DNA of 64,000 nucleotides from assembly GCA_964057225.1 (NCBI GenBank), contig CAXKVF010000080.1:124001-188000 (forward strand). Reading direction: 5' to 3'. Numbering within the stretch: the first letter of the stretch is position 1; the number at the start of each line of letters is the position of its first letter. Of the stretch, positions 1 to 14,600 are shown piece by piece. The DNA is from Auanema rhodensis. Its lineage: Eukaryota > Animalia > Nematoda. Under the pieces are notes generated by a model. That model made no database searches and was not told where the DNA came from. It saw only the letters and a program-made list of their open reading frames with translations. The position numbers were made by a program, and so were the translations under genes.

Positions 1-3000
1 TGAAAGATAAAGAGATGCGGTTTTCAAAATTAGATTCCCCATGTCCATATTAGTCTGAAAACAAATTTTTATTGATATTGGTTCATGGTAACCATGACTT
101 TGAAATTTACGTGAACTTTAATTTATGCTAATTAAATGTACACGTGATGTGCACTTGGTATGTAACTCGCTTCACGTGAAAGATAAAGAGATGCGGTTTT
201 CAAAATTAGATTCCCCATGTCCATATTAGTCTAAAAACAAATTTTTATTGATATTGGTGCATGGTAACCATGACTTTGAAATTTACGTGAACTTTAATTT
301 ATGCTAATTAAATGTACACGTGATGTGCACTTGGTATGTAATTCGCTTCACGTGAAAGATAAAGAGATGCGGTTTTCAAAATTAGATTCCCCATGTCCAT
401 ATTAGTCTAAAAACAAATTTTTATTGATATTGGTTCATGGTAACCATGACTTTGAAATTTACGTGAACTTTAATTAATGCTAATTAAATGTACACGTGAT
501 GTGCACTTGGTATGTAACTCGCTTCACGTGAAAGATAAAGAGATGCGGTTTTCAAAATTAGATTCCCCATGTCCATATTAGTCTAAAAACAAATTTTTAT
601 TGATATTGCTTCATGGTAACCATGACTTTGAAATTTACGTGAACTTTAATTTATGCTAATTAAATGTACACGTGATGTGCACTTGGTATGTAACTCGCTT
701 CACGTGAAAGATAAAGAGATGCGGTTTTCAAAATTAGATTCCCCATGTCCATATTAGTCTAAAAACAAATTTTTATTGATATTGGTTCATGGTAACCATG
801 ACTTTGAAATTTACGTGAACTTTAATTTATGCTAATTAAATGTACACGTGATGTGCACTTGGTATGTAACTCGCTTCACGTGAAAGATAAAGAGATGCGG
901 TTTTCAAAATTAGATTCCCCATGTCCATATTAGTCTAAAAACAAATTTTTATTGATATTGGTGCATGGTAACCATGACTTTGAAATTTACGTGAACTTTA
1001 ATTTATGCTAATTAAATGTACACGTGATGTGCACTTGGTATGTAACTCGCTTCACGTGAAAGATAAAGAGATGCGGTTCTCAAAATTAGATTCCCCATGT
1101 CCATATTAGTCTAAAAACAAATTTTTATTGATATTGGTGCATGGTAACCATGACTTTGAAATTTACGTGAACTTTAATTTATGCTAATTAAATGTACACG
1201 TGATGTGCACTTGGTATGTAACTCGCTTCACGTGAAAGATAAAGAAATGCGGTTTTCAAAATTAGATTCCCCATGTCCATATTAGTCTAAAAACAAATTT
1301 TTATTGATATTGGTTCATGGTAACCATGACTTTGAAATTTACGTGAACTTTAATTTATGCTAATTAAATGTACACGTGATGTGCACTTGGTATGTAACTC
1401 GCTTCACGTGAAAGATAAAGAGATGCGGTTTTCAAAATTAGATTCCCCATGTCCATATTAGTCTAAAAACAAATTTTTATTGATATTGGTTCATGGTAAC
1501 CATGACTTTGAAATTTACGTGAACTTTAATTAATGCTAATTAAATGTACACGTGATGTGCACTTGGTATGTAACTCGCTTCACGTGAAAGATAAAGAGAT
1601 GCGGTTTTCAAAATTAGATTCCCCATGTCCATATTAGTCTAAAAACAAATTTTTATTGATATTGCTTCATGGTAACCATGACTTTGAAATTTACGTGAAC
1701 TTTAATTTATGCTAATTAAATGTACACGTGATGTGCACTTGGTATGTAACTCGCTTCACGTGAAAGATAAAGAGATGCGGTTTTCAAAATTAGATTCCCC
1801 ATGTCCATATTAGTCTAAAAACAAATTTTTATTGATATTGCTTCATGGTAACCATGACTTTGAAATTTACGTGAACTTTAATTTATGCTAATTAAATGTA
1901 CACGTGATGTGCACTTGGTATGTAACTCGCTTCACGTGAAAGATAAAGAGATGCGGTTTTCAAAATTAGATTCCCCATGTCCATATTAGTCTAAAAACAA
2001 ATTTTTATTGATATTGGTGCATGGTAACCATGACTTTGAAATTTACGTGAACTTTAATTTATGCTAATTAAATGTACACGTGATGTGCACTTGGTATGTA
2101 ACTCGCTTCACGTGAAAGATAAAGAGATGCGGTTTTCAAAATTAGATTCCCCATGTCCATATTAGTCTGAAAACAAATTTTTATTGATATTGGTTCATGG
2201 TAACCATGACTTTGAAATTTACGTGAACTTTAATTTATGCTAATTAAATGTACACGTGATGTGCACTTGGTATGTAACTCGCTTCACGTGAAAGATAAAG
2301 AGATGCGGTTTTCAAAATTAGATTCCCCATGTCCATATTAGTCTAAAAACAAATTTTTATTGATATTGGTGCATGGTAACCATGACTTTGAAATTTACGT
2401 GAACTTTAATTTATGCTAATTAAATGTACACGTGATGTGCACTTGGTATGTAATTCGCTTCACGTGAAAGATAAAGAGATGCGGTTTTCAAAATTAGATT
2501 CCCCATGTCCATATTAGTCTAAAAACAAATTTTTATTGATATTGGTTCATGGTAACCATGACTTTGAAATTTACGTGAACTTTAATTAATGCTAATTAAA
2601 TGTACACGTGATGTGCACTTGGTATGTAACTCGCTTCACGTGAAAGATAAAGAGATGCGGTTTTCAAAATTAGATTCCCCATGTCCATATTAGTCTAAAA
2701 ACAAATTTTTATTGATATTGCTTCATGGTAACCATGACTTTGAAATTTACGTGAACTTTAATTTATGCTAATTAAATGTACACGTGATGTGCACTTGGTA
2801 TGTAACTCGCTTCACGTGAAAGATAAAGAGATGCGGTTTTCAAAATTAGATTCCCCATGTCCATATTAGTCTAAAAACAAATTTTTATTGATATTGGTTC
2901 ATGGTAACCATGACTTTGAATTTTACGTGAACTTTAATTTATGCTAATTAAATGTACACGTGATGTGCACTTGGTATGTAACTCGCTTCACGTGAAAGAT

Positions 3001-3168
3001 AAAGAAATGCGGTTTTCAAAATTAGATTCCCCATGTCCATATTAGTCTAAAAACTAATTTTTATTGATATTGCTTCATGGTAACCATGACTTTGAATTTT
3101 ACGTGAACTTTAATTTATGCTAATTAAATGTACACGTGATGTGCACTTGGTATGTAACTCGCTTCACG

Positions 3169-5632
3169 TGAAAGATAAAGAAAGGCGGTTTTCAAAATTA
3201 GATTCCCCATGTCCATATTAGTCTAAAAACTAATTTTTATTGATATTGGTTCATGGTAACCATGACTTTGAAATTTACGTGAACTTTAATTTATGCTAAT
3301 TAAATGTACACGTGATGTGCACTTGGTATGTAACTCGCTTCACTTGAAAGATAAAGAAATGCGGTTTTCAAAATTAGATTCCCCATGTCCATATTAGTCT
3401 AAAAACAAATTTTTATTGATATTGGTTCATGGTAACCATGACTTTGAAATTTACGTGAACTTTAATTTATGCTAATTAAATGTACACGTGATGTGCACTT
3501 GGTATGTAACTCGCTTCACGTGAAAGATAAAGAGATGCGGTTTTCAAAATTAGATTCCCCATGTCCATATTAGTCTAAAATTAAATTTTTATTGATATTG
3601 GTTCGTGGTAACCATGACTTTGAATTTTACGTGAACTTTAATTTATGCTAATTAAATGTACACGTGATGTGCACTTGGTATGTAACTCGCTTCACGTGAA
3701 AGATAAAGAAATGCGGTTTTCAAAATTAGATTCCCCATGTCCATATTAGTCTAAAAACTAATTTTTATTGATATTGGTTCATGGTAACCATGACTTTGAA
3801 ATTTACGTGAACTTTAATTTATGCTAATTAAATGTACACGTGATGTGCACTTGGTATGTAACTCGCTTCACGTGAAAGATAAAGAGATGCGGTTTTCAAA
3901 ATTAGATTCCCCATGTCCATATTAGTCTAAAATTAAATTTTTATTGATATTGGTTCATGGTAACCATGACTTTGAAATTTACGTGAACTTTAATTTATGC
4001 TAATTAAATGTACACGTGATGTGCACTTGGTATGTAACTCGCTTCACTTGAAAGATAAAGAAATGCGGTTTTCAAAATTAGATTCCCCATGTCCATATTA
4101 GTCTAAAAACAAATTTTTATTGATATTGGTTCATGGTAACCATGACTTTGAAATTTACGTGAACTTTAATTTATGCTAATTAAATGTACACGTGATGTGC
4201 ACTTGGTATGTAACTCGCTTCACGTGAAAGATAAAGAGATGCGGTTTTCAAAATTAGATTCCCCATGTCCATATTAGTCTAAAATTAAATTTTTATTGAT
4301 ATTGGTTCGTGGTAACCATGACTTTGAATTTTACGTGAACTTTAATTTATGCTAATTAAATGTACACGTGATGTGCACTTGGTATGTAACTCGCTTCACG
4401 TGAAAGATAAAGAAATGCGGTTTTCAAAATTAGATTCCCCATGTCCATATTAGTCTAAAAACTAATTTTTATTGATATTGGTTCATGGTAACCATGACTT
4501 TGAAATTTACGTGAACTTTAATTTATGCTAATTAAATGTACACGTGATGTGCACTTGGTATGTAACTCGCTTCACGTGAAAGATAAAGAGATGCGGTTTT
4601 CAAAATTAGATTCCCCATGTCCATATTAGTCTAAAATTAAATTTTTATTGATATTGGTTCATGGTAACCATGACTTTGAAATTTACGTGAACTTTAATTT
4701 ATGCTAATTAAATGTACACGTGATGTGCACTTGGTATGTAACTCGCTTCACTTGAAAGATAAAGAAATGCGGTTTTCAAAATTAGATTCCCCATGTCCAT
4801 ATTAGTCTAAAAACAAATTTTTATTGATATTGCTTCATGGTAACCATGACTTTGAAATTTACGTGAACTTTAATTTATGCTAATTAAATGTACACGTGAT
4901 GTGCACTTGGTATGTAACTCGCTTCACGTGAAAGATAAAGAGATGCGGTTTTCAAAATTAGATTCCCCATGTCCATATTAGTCTAAAAACAAATTTTTAT
5001 TGATATTGGTTCATGGTAACCATGACTTTGAATTTTACGTGAACTTTAATTTATGCTAATTAAATGTACACGTGATGTGCACTTGGTATGTAACTCGCTT
5101 CACGTGAAAGATAAAGAAATGCGGTTTTCAAAATTAGATTCCCCATGTCCATATTAGTCTAAAAACTAATTTTTATTGATATTGCTTCATGGTAACCATG
5201 ACTTTGAATTTTACGTGAACTTTAATTTATGCTAATTAAATGTACACGTGATGTGCACTTGGTATGTAACTCGCTTCACGTGAAAGATAAAGAAAGGCGG
5301 TTTTCAAAATTAGATTCCCCATGTCCATATTAGTCTAAAAACTAATTTTTATTGATATTGGTTCATGGTAACCATGACTTTGAAATTTACGTGAACTTTA
5401 ATTTATGCTAATTAAATGTACACGTGATGTGCACTTGGTATGTAACTCGCTTCACTTGAAAGATAAAGAAATGCGGTTTTCAAAATTAGATTCCCCATGT
5501 CCATATTAGTCTAAAAACAAATTTTTATTGATATTGGTTCATGGTAACCATGACTTTGAAATTTACGTGAACTTTAATTTATGCTAATTAAATGTACACG
5601 TGATGTGCACTTGGTATGTAACTCGCTTCACG
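3169..5632. repeat. 4-monomer (704-bp) higher-order periodicity
   Basis: Variant cacTtg at 3344, 4048, 4752 and 5456 (each +704). Variant gttcGtgg at 3605 and 4309. Confidence 0.85.
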
Positions 5633-8600
5633 TGAAAGATAAAGAAATGCGGTTTTCAAAATTAGATTCCCCATGTCCATATTAGTCTAAAAACTAATTT
5701 TTATTGATATTGGTTCATGGTAACCATGACTTTGAAATTTACGTGAACTTTAATTTATGCTAATTAAATGTACACGTGATGTGCACTTGGTATGTAACTC
5801 GCTTCACGTGAAAGATAAAGAGATGCGGTTTTCAAAATTAGATTCCCCATGTCCATATTAGTCTAAAATTAAATTTTTATTGATATTGGTTCATGGTAAC
5901 CATGACTTTGAATTTTACGTGAACTTTAATTTATGCTAATTAAATGTACACGTGATGTGCACTTGGTATGTAACTCGCTTCACGTGAAAGATAAAGAAAT
6001 GCGGTTTTCAAAATTAGATTCCCCATGTCCATATTAGTCTAAAAACAAATTTTTATTGATATTGGTTCATGGTAACCATGACTTTGAAATTTACGTGAAC
6101 TTTAATTTATGCTAATTAAATGTACACGTGATGTGCACTTGGTATGTAACTCGCTTCACGTGAAAGATAAAGAGATGCGGTTTTCAAAATTAGATTCCCC
6201 ATGTCCATATTAGTCTAAAAACAAATTTTTATTGATATTGGTGCATGGTAACCATGACTTTGAAATTTACGTGAACTTTAATTTATGCTAATTAAATGTA
6301 CACGTGATGTGCACTTGGTATGTAATTCGCTTCACGTGAAAGATAATGAGATGCGGTTTTCAAAATTAGATTCCCCATGTCCATATTAGTCTAAAAACAA
6401 ATTTTTATTGATATTGGTTCATGGTAACCATGACTTTGAAATTTACGTGAACTTTAATTAATGCTAATTAAATGTACACGTGATGTGCACTTGGTATGTA
6501 ACTCGCTTCACGTGAAAGATAAAGAGATGCGGTTTTCAAAATTAGATTCCCCATGTCCATATTAGTCTAAAAACAAATTTTTATTGATATTGCTTCATGG
6601 TAACCATGACTTTGAAATTTACGTGAACTTTAATTTATGCTAATTAAATGTACACGTGATGTGCACTTGGTATGTAACTCGCTTCACGTGAAAGATAAAG
6701 AGATGCGGTTTTCAAAATTAGATTCCCCATGTCCATATTAGTCTAAAAACAAATTTTTATTGATATTGGTTCATGGTAACCATGACTTTGAATTTTACGT
6801 GAACTTTAATTTATGCTAATTAAATGTACACGTGATGTGCACTTGGTATGTAACTCGCTTCACGTGAAAGATAAAGAAAGGCGGTTTTCAAAATTAGATT
6901 CCCCATGTCCATATTAGTCTAAAAACTAATTTTTATTGATATTGGTTCATGGTAACCATGACTTTGAAATTTACGTGAACTTTAATTTATGCTAATTAAA
7001 TGTACACGTGATGTGCACTTGGTATGTAACTCGCTTCACGTGAAAGATAAAGAGATGCGGTTTTCAAAATTAGATTCCCCATGTCCATATTAGTCTAAAA
7101 ACAAATTTTTATTGATATTGCTTCATGGTAACCATGACTTTGAAATTTACGTGAACTTTAATTTATGCTAATTAAATGTACACGTGATGTGCACTTGGTA
7201 TGTAGCTCGCTTCACGTGAAAGATAAAGAGATGCGGTTTTCAAAATTAGATTCCCCATGTCCATATTAGTCTAAAAACAAATTTTTATTGATATTGGTTC
7301 ATGGTAACCATGACTTTGAATTTTACGTGAACTTTAATTTATGCTAATTAAATGTACACGTGATGTGCACTTGGTATGTAACTCGCTTCACGTGAAAGAT
7401 AAAGAAATGCGGTTTTCAAAATTAGATTCCCCATGTCCATATTAGTCTAAAAACAAATTTTTATTGATATTGGTTCATGGTAACCATGACTTTGAAATTT
7501 ACGTGAACTTTAATTTATGCTAATTAAATGTACACGTGATGTGCACTTGGTATGTAACTCGCTTCACGTGAAAGATAAAGAGATGCGGTTTTCAAAAATA
7601 GATTCCCCATGTCCATATTAGTCTAAAAACAAATTTTTATTGATATTGGTTCATGGTAACCATGACTTTGAAATTTACGTGAACTTTAATTTATGCTAAT
7701 TAAATGTACACGTGATGTGCACTTGGTATGTAACTCGCTTCACGTGAAAGATAAAGAGATGCGGTTTTCAAAATTAGATTCCCCATGTCCATATTCGTCT
7801 AAAAACAAATTTTTATTGATATTGGTTCATGGTAACCATGACTTTGAATTTTACGTGAACTTTAATTTATGCTAATCAAATGTACACGTGATGTGCACTT
7901 GGTATGTAACTCGCTTCACGTGAAAGATAAAGAGATGCGGTTTTCAAAATTAGATTCCCCATGTCCATATTAGTCTAAAAACAAATTTTTATTGATATTG
8001 CTTCATGGTAACCATGACTTTGAAATTTACGTGAACTTTAATTTATGCTAATTAAATGTACACGTGATGTGCACTTGGTATGTAACTCGCTTCACGTGAA
8101 AGATAAAGAGATGCGGTTTTCAAAATTAGATTCCCCATGTCCATATTAGTCTAAAAACAAATTTTTATTGATATTGGTTCATGGTAACCATGACTTTGAA
8201 TTTTACGTGAACTTTAATTTATGCTAATTAAATGTACACGTGATGTGCACTTGGTATGTAACTCGCTTCACGTGAAAGATAAAGAAATGCGGTTTTCAAA
8301 ATTAGATTCCCCATGTCCATATTAGTCTAAAAACAAATTTTTATTGATATTGGTTCATGGTAACCATGACTTTGAAATTTACGTGAACTTTAATTTATGC
8401 TAATTAAATGTACACGTGATGTGCACTTGGTATGTAACTCGCTTCACGTGAAAGATAAAGAGATGCGGTTTTCAAAATTAGATTCCCCATGTCCATATTA
8501 GTCTAAAAACAAATTTTTATTGATATTGGTTCATGGTAACCATGACTTTGAAATTTACGTGAACTTTAATTTATGCTAATTAAATGTACACGTGATGTGC

Positions 8601-11600
8601 ACTTGGTATGTAACTCGCTTCACGTGAAAGATAAAGAGATGCGGTTTTCAAAATTAGATTCCCCATGTCCATATTAGTCTAAAAACAAATTTTTATTGAT
8701 ATTGCTTCATGGTAACCATGACTTTGAATTTTACGTGAACTTTAATTTATGCTAATTAAATGTACACGTGATGTGCACTTGGTATGTAACTCGCTTCACG
8801 TGAAAGATAAAGAAATGCGGTTTTCAAAATTAGATTCCCCATGTCCATATTAGTCTAAAAACAAATTTTTATTGATATTGCTTCATGGTAACCATGACTT
8901 TGAAATTTACGTGAACTTTAATTTATGCTAATTAAATGTACACGTGATGTGCACTTGGTATGTAACTCGCTTCACGTGAAAGATAAAGAGATGCGGTTTT
9001 CAAAATTAGATTCCCCATGTCCATATTAGTCTAAAAACAAATTTTTATTGATATTGCTTCATGGTAACCATGACTTTGAAATTTACGTGAACTTTAATTT
9101 ATGCTAATTAAATGTACACGTGATGTGCACTTGGTATGTAACTCGCTTCACGTGAAAGATAAAGAGATGCGGTTTTCAAAATTAGATTCCCCATGTCCAT
9201 ATTAGTCTAAAAACAAATTTTTATTGATATTGGTTCATGGTAACCATGACTTTGAAATTTACGTGAACTTTAATTAATGCTAATTAAATGTACACGTGAT
9301 GTGCACTTGGTATGTAACTCGCTTCACGTGAAAGATAAAGAGATGCGGTTTTCAAAATTAGATTCCCCATGTCCATATTAGTCTAAAAACAAATTTTTAT
9401 TGATATTGCTTCATGGTAACCATGACTTTGAAATTTACGTGAACTTTAATTAATGCTAATTAAATGTACACGTGATGTGCACTTGGTATGTAACTCGCTT
9501 CACGTGAAAGATAAAGAGATGCGGTTTTCAAAATTAGATTCCCCATGTCCATATTAGTCTAAAAACAAATTTTTATTGATATTGGTGCATGGTAACCATG
9601 ACTTTGAAATTTACGTGAACTTTAATTTATGCTAATTAAATGTACACGTGATGTGCACTTGGTATGTAACTCGCTTCACGTGAAAGATAAAAAGATGCGG
9701 TTTTCAAAATTAGATTCCCCATGTCCATATTAGTCTAAAAACAAATTTTTATTGATATTGGTGCATGGTAACCATGACTTTGAAATTTACGTGAACTTTA
9801 ATTTATGCTAATTAAATGTACACGTGATGTGCACTTGGTATGTAACTCGCTTCACGTGAAAGATAAAGAGATGCGGTTTTCAAAATTAGATTCCCCATGT
9901 CCATATTAGTCTAAAAACAAATTTTTATTGATATTGGTTCATGGTAACCATGACTTTGAAATTTACGTGAACTTTAATTTATGCTAATTAAATGTACACG
10001 TGATGTGCACTTGGTATGTAACTCGCTTCACGTGAAAGATAAAGAGATGCGGTTTTCAAAATTAGATTCCCCATGTCCATATTAGTCTAAAAACAAATTT
10101 TTATTGATATTGCTTCATGGTAACCATGACTTTGAAATTTACGTGAACTTTAATTTATGCTAATTAAATGTACACGTGATGTGCACTTGGTATGTAACTC
10201 GCTTCACGTGAAAGATAAAGAGATGCGGTTTTCAAAATTAGATTCCCCATGTCCATATTAGTCTAAAAACAAATTTTTATTGATATTGGTTCATGGTAAC
10301 CATGACTTTGAATTTTACGTGAACTTTAATTTATGCTAATTAAATGTACACGTGATGTGCACTTGGTATGTAACTCGCTTCACGTGAAAGATAAAGAAAT
10401 GCGGTTTTCAAAATTAGATTCCCCATGTCCATATTAGTCTAAAAACAAATTTTTATTGATATTGGTTCATGGTAACCATGACTTTGAAATTTACGTGAAC
10501 TTTAATTTATGCTAATTAAATGTACACGTGATGTGCACTTGGTATGTAACTCGCTTCACGTGAAAGATAAAGAGATGCGGTTTTCAAAAATAGATTCCCC
10601 ATGTCCATATTAGTCTAAAAACAAATTTTTATTGATATTGGTTCATGGTAACCATGACTTTGAAATTTACGTGAACTTTAATTTATGCTAATTAAATGTA
10701 CACGTGATGTGCACTTGGTATGTAACTCGCTTCACGTGAAAGATAAAGAGATGCGGTTTTCAAAATTAGATTCCCCATGTCCATATTAGTCTAAAAACAA
10801 ATTTTTATTGATATTGGTTCATGGTAACCATGACTTTGAATTTTACGTGAACTTTAATTTATGCTAATCAAATGTACACGTGATAAGCACTTGGTATGTA
10901 ACTCGCTTCACGTGAAAGATAAAGAGATGCGGTTTTCAAAATTAGATTCCCCATGTCCATATTAGTCTAAAAACAAATTTTTATTGATATTGCTTCATGG
11001 TAACCATGACTTTGAAATTTACGTGAACTTTAATTTATGCTAATTAAATGTACACGTGATGTGCACTTGGTATGTAACTCGCTTCACGTGAAAGATAAAG
11101 AGATGCGGTTTTCAAAATTAGATTCCCCATGTCCATATTAGTCTAAAAACAAATTTTTATTGATATTGGTTCATGGTAACCATGACTTTGAATTTTACGT
11201 GAACTTTAATTTATGCTAATTAAATGTACACGTGATGTGCACTTGGTATGTAACTCGCTTCACGTGAAAGATAAAGAAATGCGGTTTTCAAAATTAGATT
11301 CCCCATGTCCATATTAGTCTAAAAACAAATTTTTATTGATATTGGTTCATGGTAACCATGACTTTGAAATTTACGTGAACTTTAATTTATGCTAATTAAA
11401 TGTACACGTGATGTGCACTTGGTATGTAACTCGCTTCACGTGAAAGATAAAGAGATGCGGTTTTCAAAATTAGATTCCCCATGTCCATATTAGTCTAAAA
11501 ACAAATTTTTATTGATATTGGTTCATGGTAACCATGACTTTGAAATTTACGTGAACTTTAATTTATGCTAATTAAATGTACACGTGATGTGCACTTGGTA

Positions 11601-14600
11601 TGTAACTCGCTTCACGTGAAAGATAAAGAGATGCGGTTTTCAAAATTAGATTCCCCATGTCCATATTAGTCTAAAAACAAATTTTTATTGATATTGCTTC
11701 ATGGTAACCATGACTTTGAAATTTACGTGAACTTTAATTTATGCTAATTAAATGTACACGTGATGTGCACTTGGTATGTAACTCGCTTCACGTGAAAGAT
11801 AAAGAGATGCGGTTTTCAAAATTAGATTCCCCATGTCCATATTAGTCTAAAAACAAATTTTTATTGATATTGCTTCATGGTAACCATGACTTTGAAATTT
11901 ACGTGAACTTTAATTTATGCTAATTAAATGTACACGTGATGTGCACTTGGTATGTAACTCGCTTCACGTGAAAGATAAAGAGATGCGGTTTTCAAAATTA
12001 GATTCCCCATGTCCATATTAGTCTAAAAACAAATTTTTATTGATATTGGTTCATGGTAACCATGACTTTGAATTTTACGTGAACTTTAATTTATGCTAAT
12101 TAAATGTACACGTGATGTGCACTTGGTATGTAACTCGCTTCACGTGAAAGATAAAGAAATGCGGTTTTCAAAATTAGATTCCCCATGTCCATATTAGTCT
12201 AAAAACAAATTTTTATTGATATTGGTTCATGGTAACCATGACTTTGAAATTTACGTGAACTTTAATTTATGCTAATTAAATGTACACGTGATGTGCACTT
12301 GGTATGTAACTCGCTTCACGTGAAAGATAAAGAGATGCGGTTTTCAAAATTAGATTCCCCATGTCCATATTAGTCTAAAAACAAATTTTTATTGATATTG
12401 GTTCATGGTAACCATGACTTTGAAATTTACGTGAACTTTAATTTATGCTAATTAAATGTACACGTGATGTGCACTTGGTATGTAACTCGCTTCACGTGAA
12501 AGATAAAGAGATGCGGTTTTCAAAATTAGATTCCCCATGTCCATATTAGTCTAAAAACAAATTTTTATTGATATTGCTTCATGGTAACCATGACTTTGAA
12601 TTTTACGTGAACTTTAATTTATGCTAATTAAATGTACACGTGATGTGCACTTGGTATGTAACTCGCTTCACGTGAAAGATAAAGAAATGCGGTTTTCAAA
12701 ATTAGATTCCCCATGTCCATATTAGTCTAAAAACAAATTTTTTTTGATATTGCTTCATGGTAACCATGACTTTGAAATTTACGTGAACTTTAATTTATGC
12801 TAATTAAATGTACACGTGATGTGCACTTGGTATGTAACTCGCTTCACGTGAAAGATAAAGAGATGCGGTTTTCAAAATTAGATTCCCCATGTCCATATTA
12901 GTCTAAAAACAAATTTTTATTGATATTGCTTCATGGTAACCATGACTTTGAAATTTACGTGAACTTTAATTTATGCTAATTAAATGTACACGTGATGTGC
13001 ACTTGGTATGTAACTCGCTTCACGTGAAAGATAAAGAGATGCGGTTTTCAAAATTAGATTCCCCATGTCCATATTAGTCTAAAAACAAATTTTTATTGAT
13101 ATTGGTTCATGGTAACCATGACTTTGAAATTTACGTGAACTTTAATTAATGCTAATTAAATGTACACGTGATGTGCACTTGGTATGTAACTCGCTTCACG
13201 TGAAAGATAAAGAGATGCGGTTTTCAAAATTAGATTCCCCATGTCCATATTAGTCTAAAAACAAATTTTTATTGATATTGCTTCATGGTAACCATGACTT
13301 TGAAATTTACGTGAACTTTAATTAATGCTAATTAAATGTACACGTGATGTGCACTTGGTATGTAACTCGCTTCACGTGAAAGATAAAGAGATGCGGTTTC
13401 CAAAATTAGATTCCCCATGTCCATATTAGTCTAAAAACAAATTTTTATTGATATTGGTGCATGGTAACCATGACTTTGAAATTTACGTGAACTTTAATTT
13501 ATGCTAATTAAATGTACACGTGATGTGCACTTGGTATGTAACTCGCTTCACGTGAAAGATAAAAAGATGCGGTTTTCAAAATTAGATTCCCCATGTCCAT
13601 ATTAGTCTAAAAACAAATTTTTATTGATATTGGTGCATGGTAACCATGACTTTGAAATTTACGTGAACTTTAATTTATGCTAATTAAATGTACACGTGAT
13701 GTGCACTTGGTATGTAACTCGCTTCACGTGAAAGATAAAGAGATGCGGTTTTCAAAATTAGATTCCCCATGTCCATATTAGTCTAAAAACAAATTTTTAT
13801 TGATATTGGTTCATGGTAACCATGACTTTGAAATTTACGTGAACTTTAATTTATGCTAATTAAATGTACACGTGATGTGCACTTGGTATGTAACTCGCTT
13901 CACGTGAAAGATAAAGAGATGCGGTTTTCAAAATTAGATTCCCCATGTCCATATTAGTCTAAAAACAAATTTTTATTGATATTGCTTCATGGTAACCATG
14001 ACTTTGAAATTTACGTGAACTTTAATTTATGCTAATTAAATGTACACGTGATGTGCACTTGGTATGTAACTCGCTTCACGTGAAAGATAAAGAGATGCGG
14101 TTTTCAAAATTAGATTCCCCATGTCCATATTAGTCTAAAAACAAATTTTTATTGATATTGGTTCATGGTAACCATGACTTTGAATTTTACGTGAACTTTA
14201 ATTTATGCTAATTAAATGTACACGTGATGTGCACTTGGTATGTAACTCGCTTCACGTGAAAGATAAAGAAATGCGGTTTTCAAAATTAGATTCCCCATGT
14301 CCATATTAGTCTAAAAACAAATTTTTATTGATATTGGTTCATGGTAACCATGACTTTGAAATTTACGTGAACTTTAATTTATGCTAATTAAATGTACACG
14401 TGATGTGCACTTGGTATGTAACTCGCTTCACGTGAAAGATAAAGAGATGCGGTTTTCAAAATTAGATTCCCCATGTCCATATTAGTCTAAAAACAAATTT
14501 TTATTGATATTGCTTCATGGTAACCATGACTTTGAAATTTACGTGAACTTTAATTTATGCTAATTAAATGTACACGTGATGTGCACTTGGTATGTAACTC

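Noticed and set aside
7693-7875. 60-aa satellite ORF (also 59573-59755 and 60453-60635)
   Set aside because: The monomer has a single TAG in this frame. These three copies lost it by unrelated point changes (TCG, TAT, CAG) among about 336 monomers. The period is not a multiple of 3 and no protein motif is evident.
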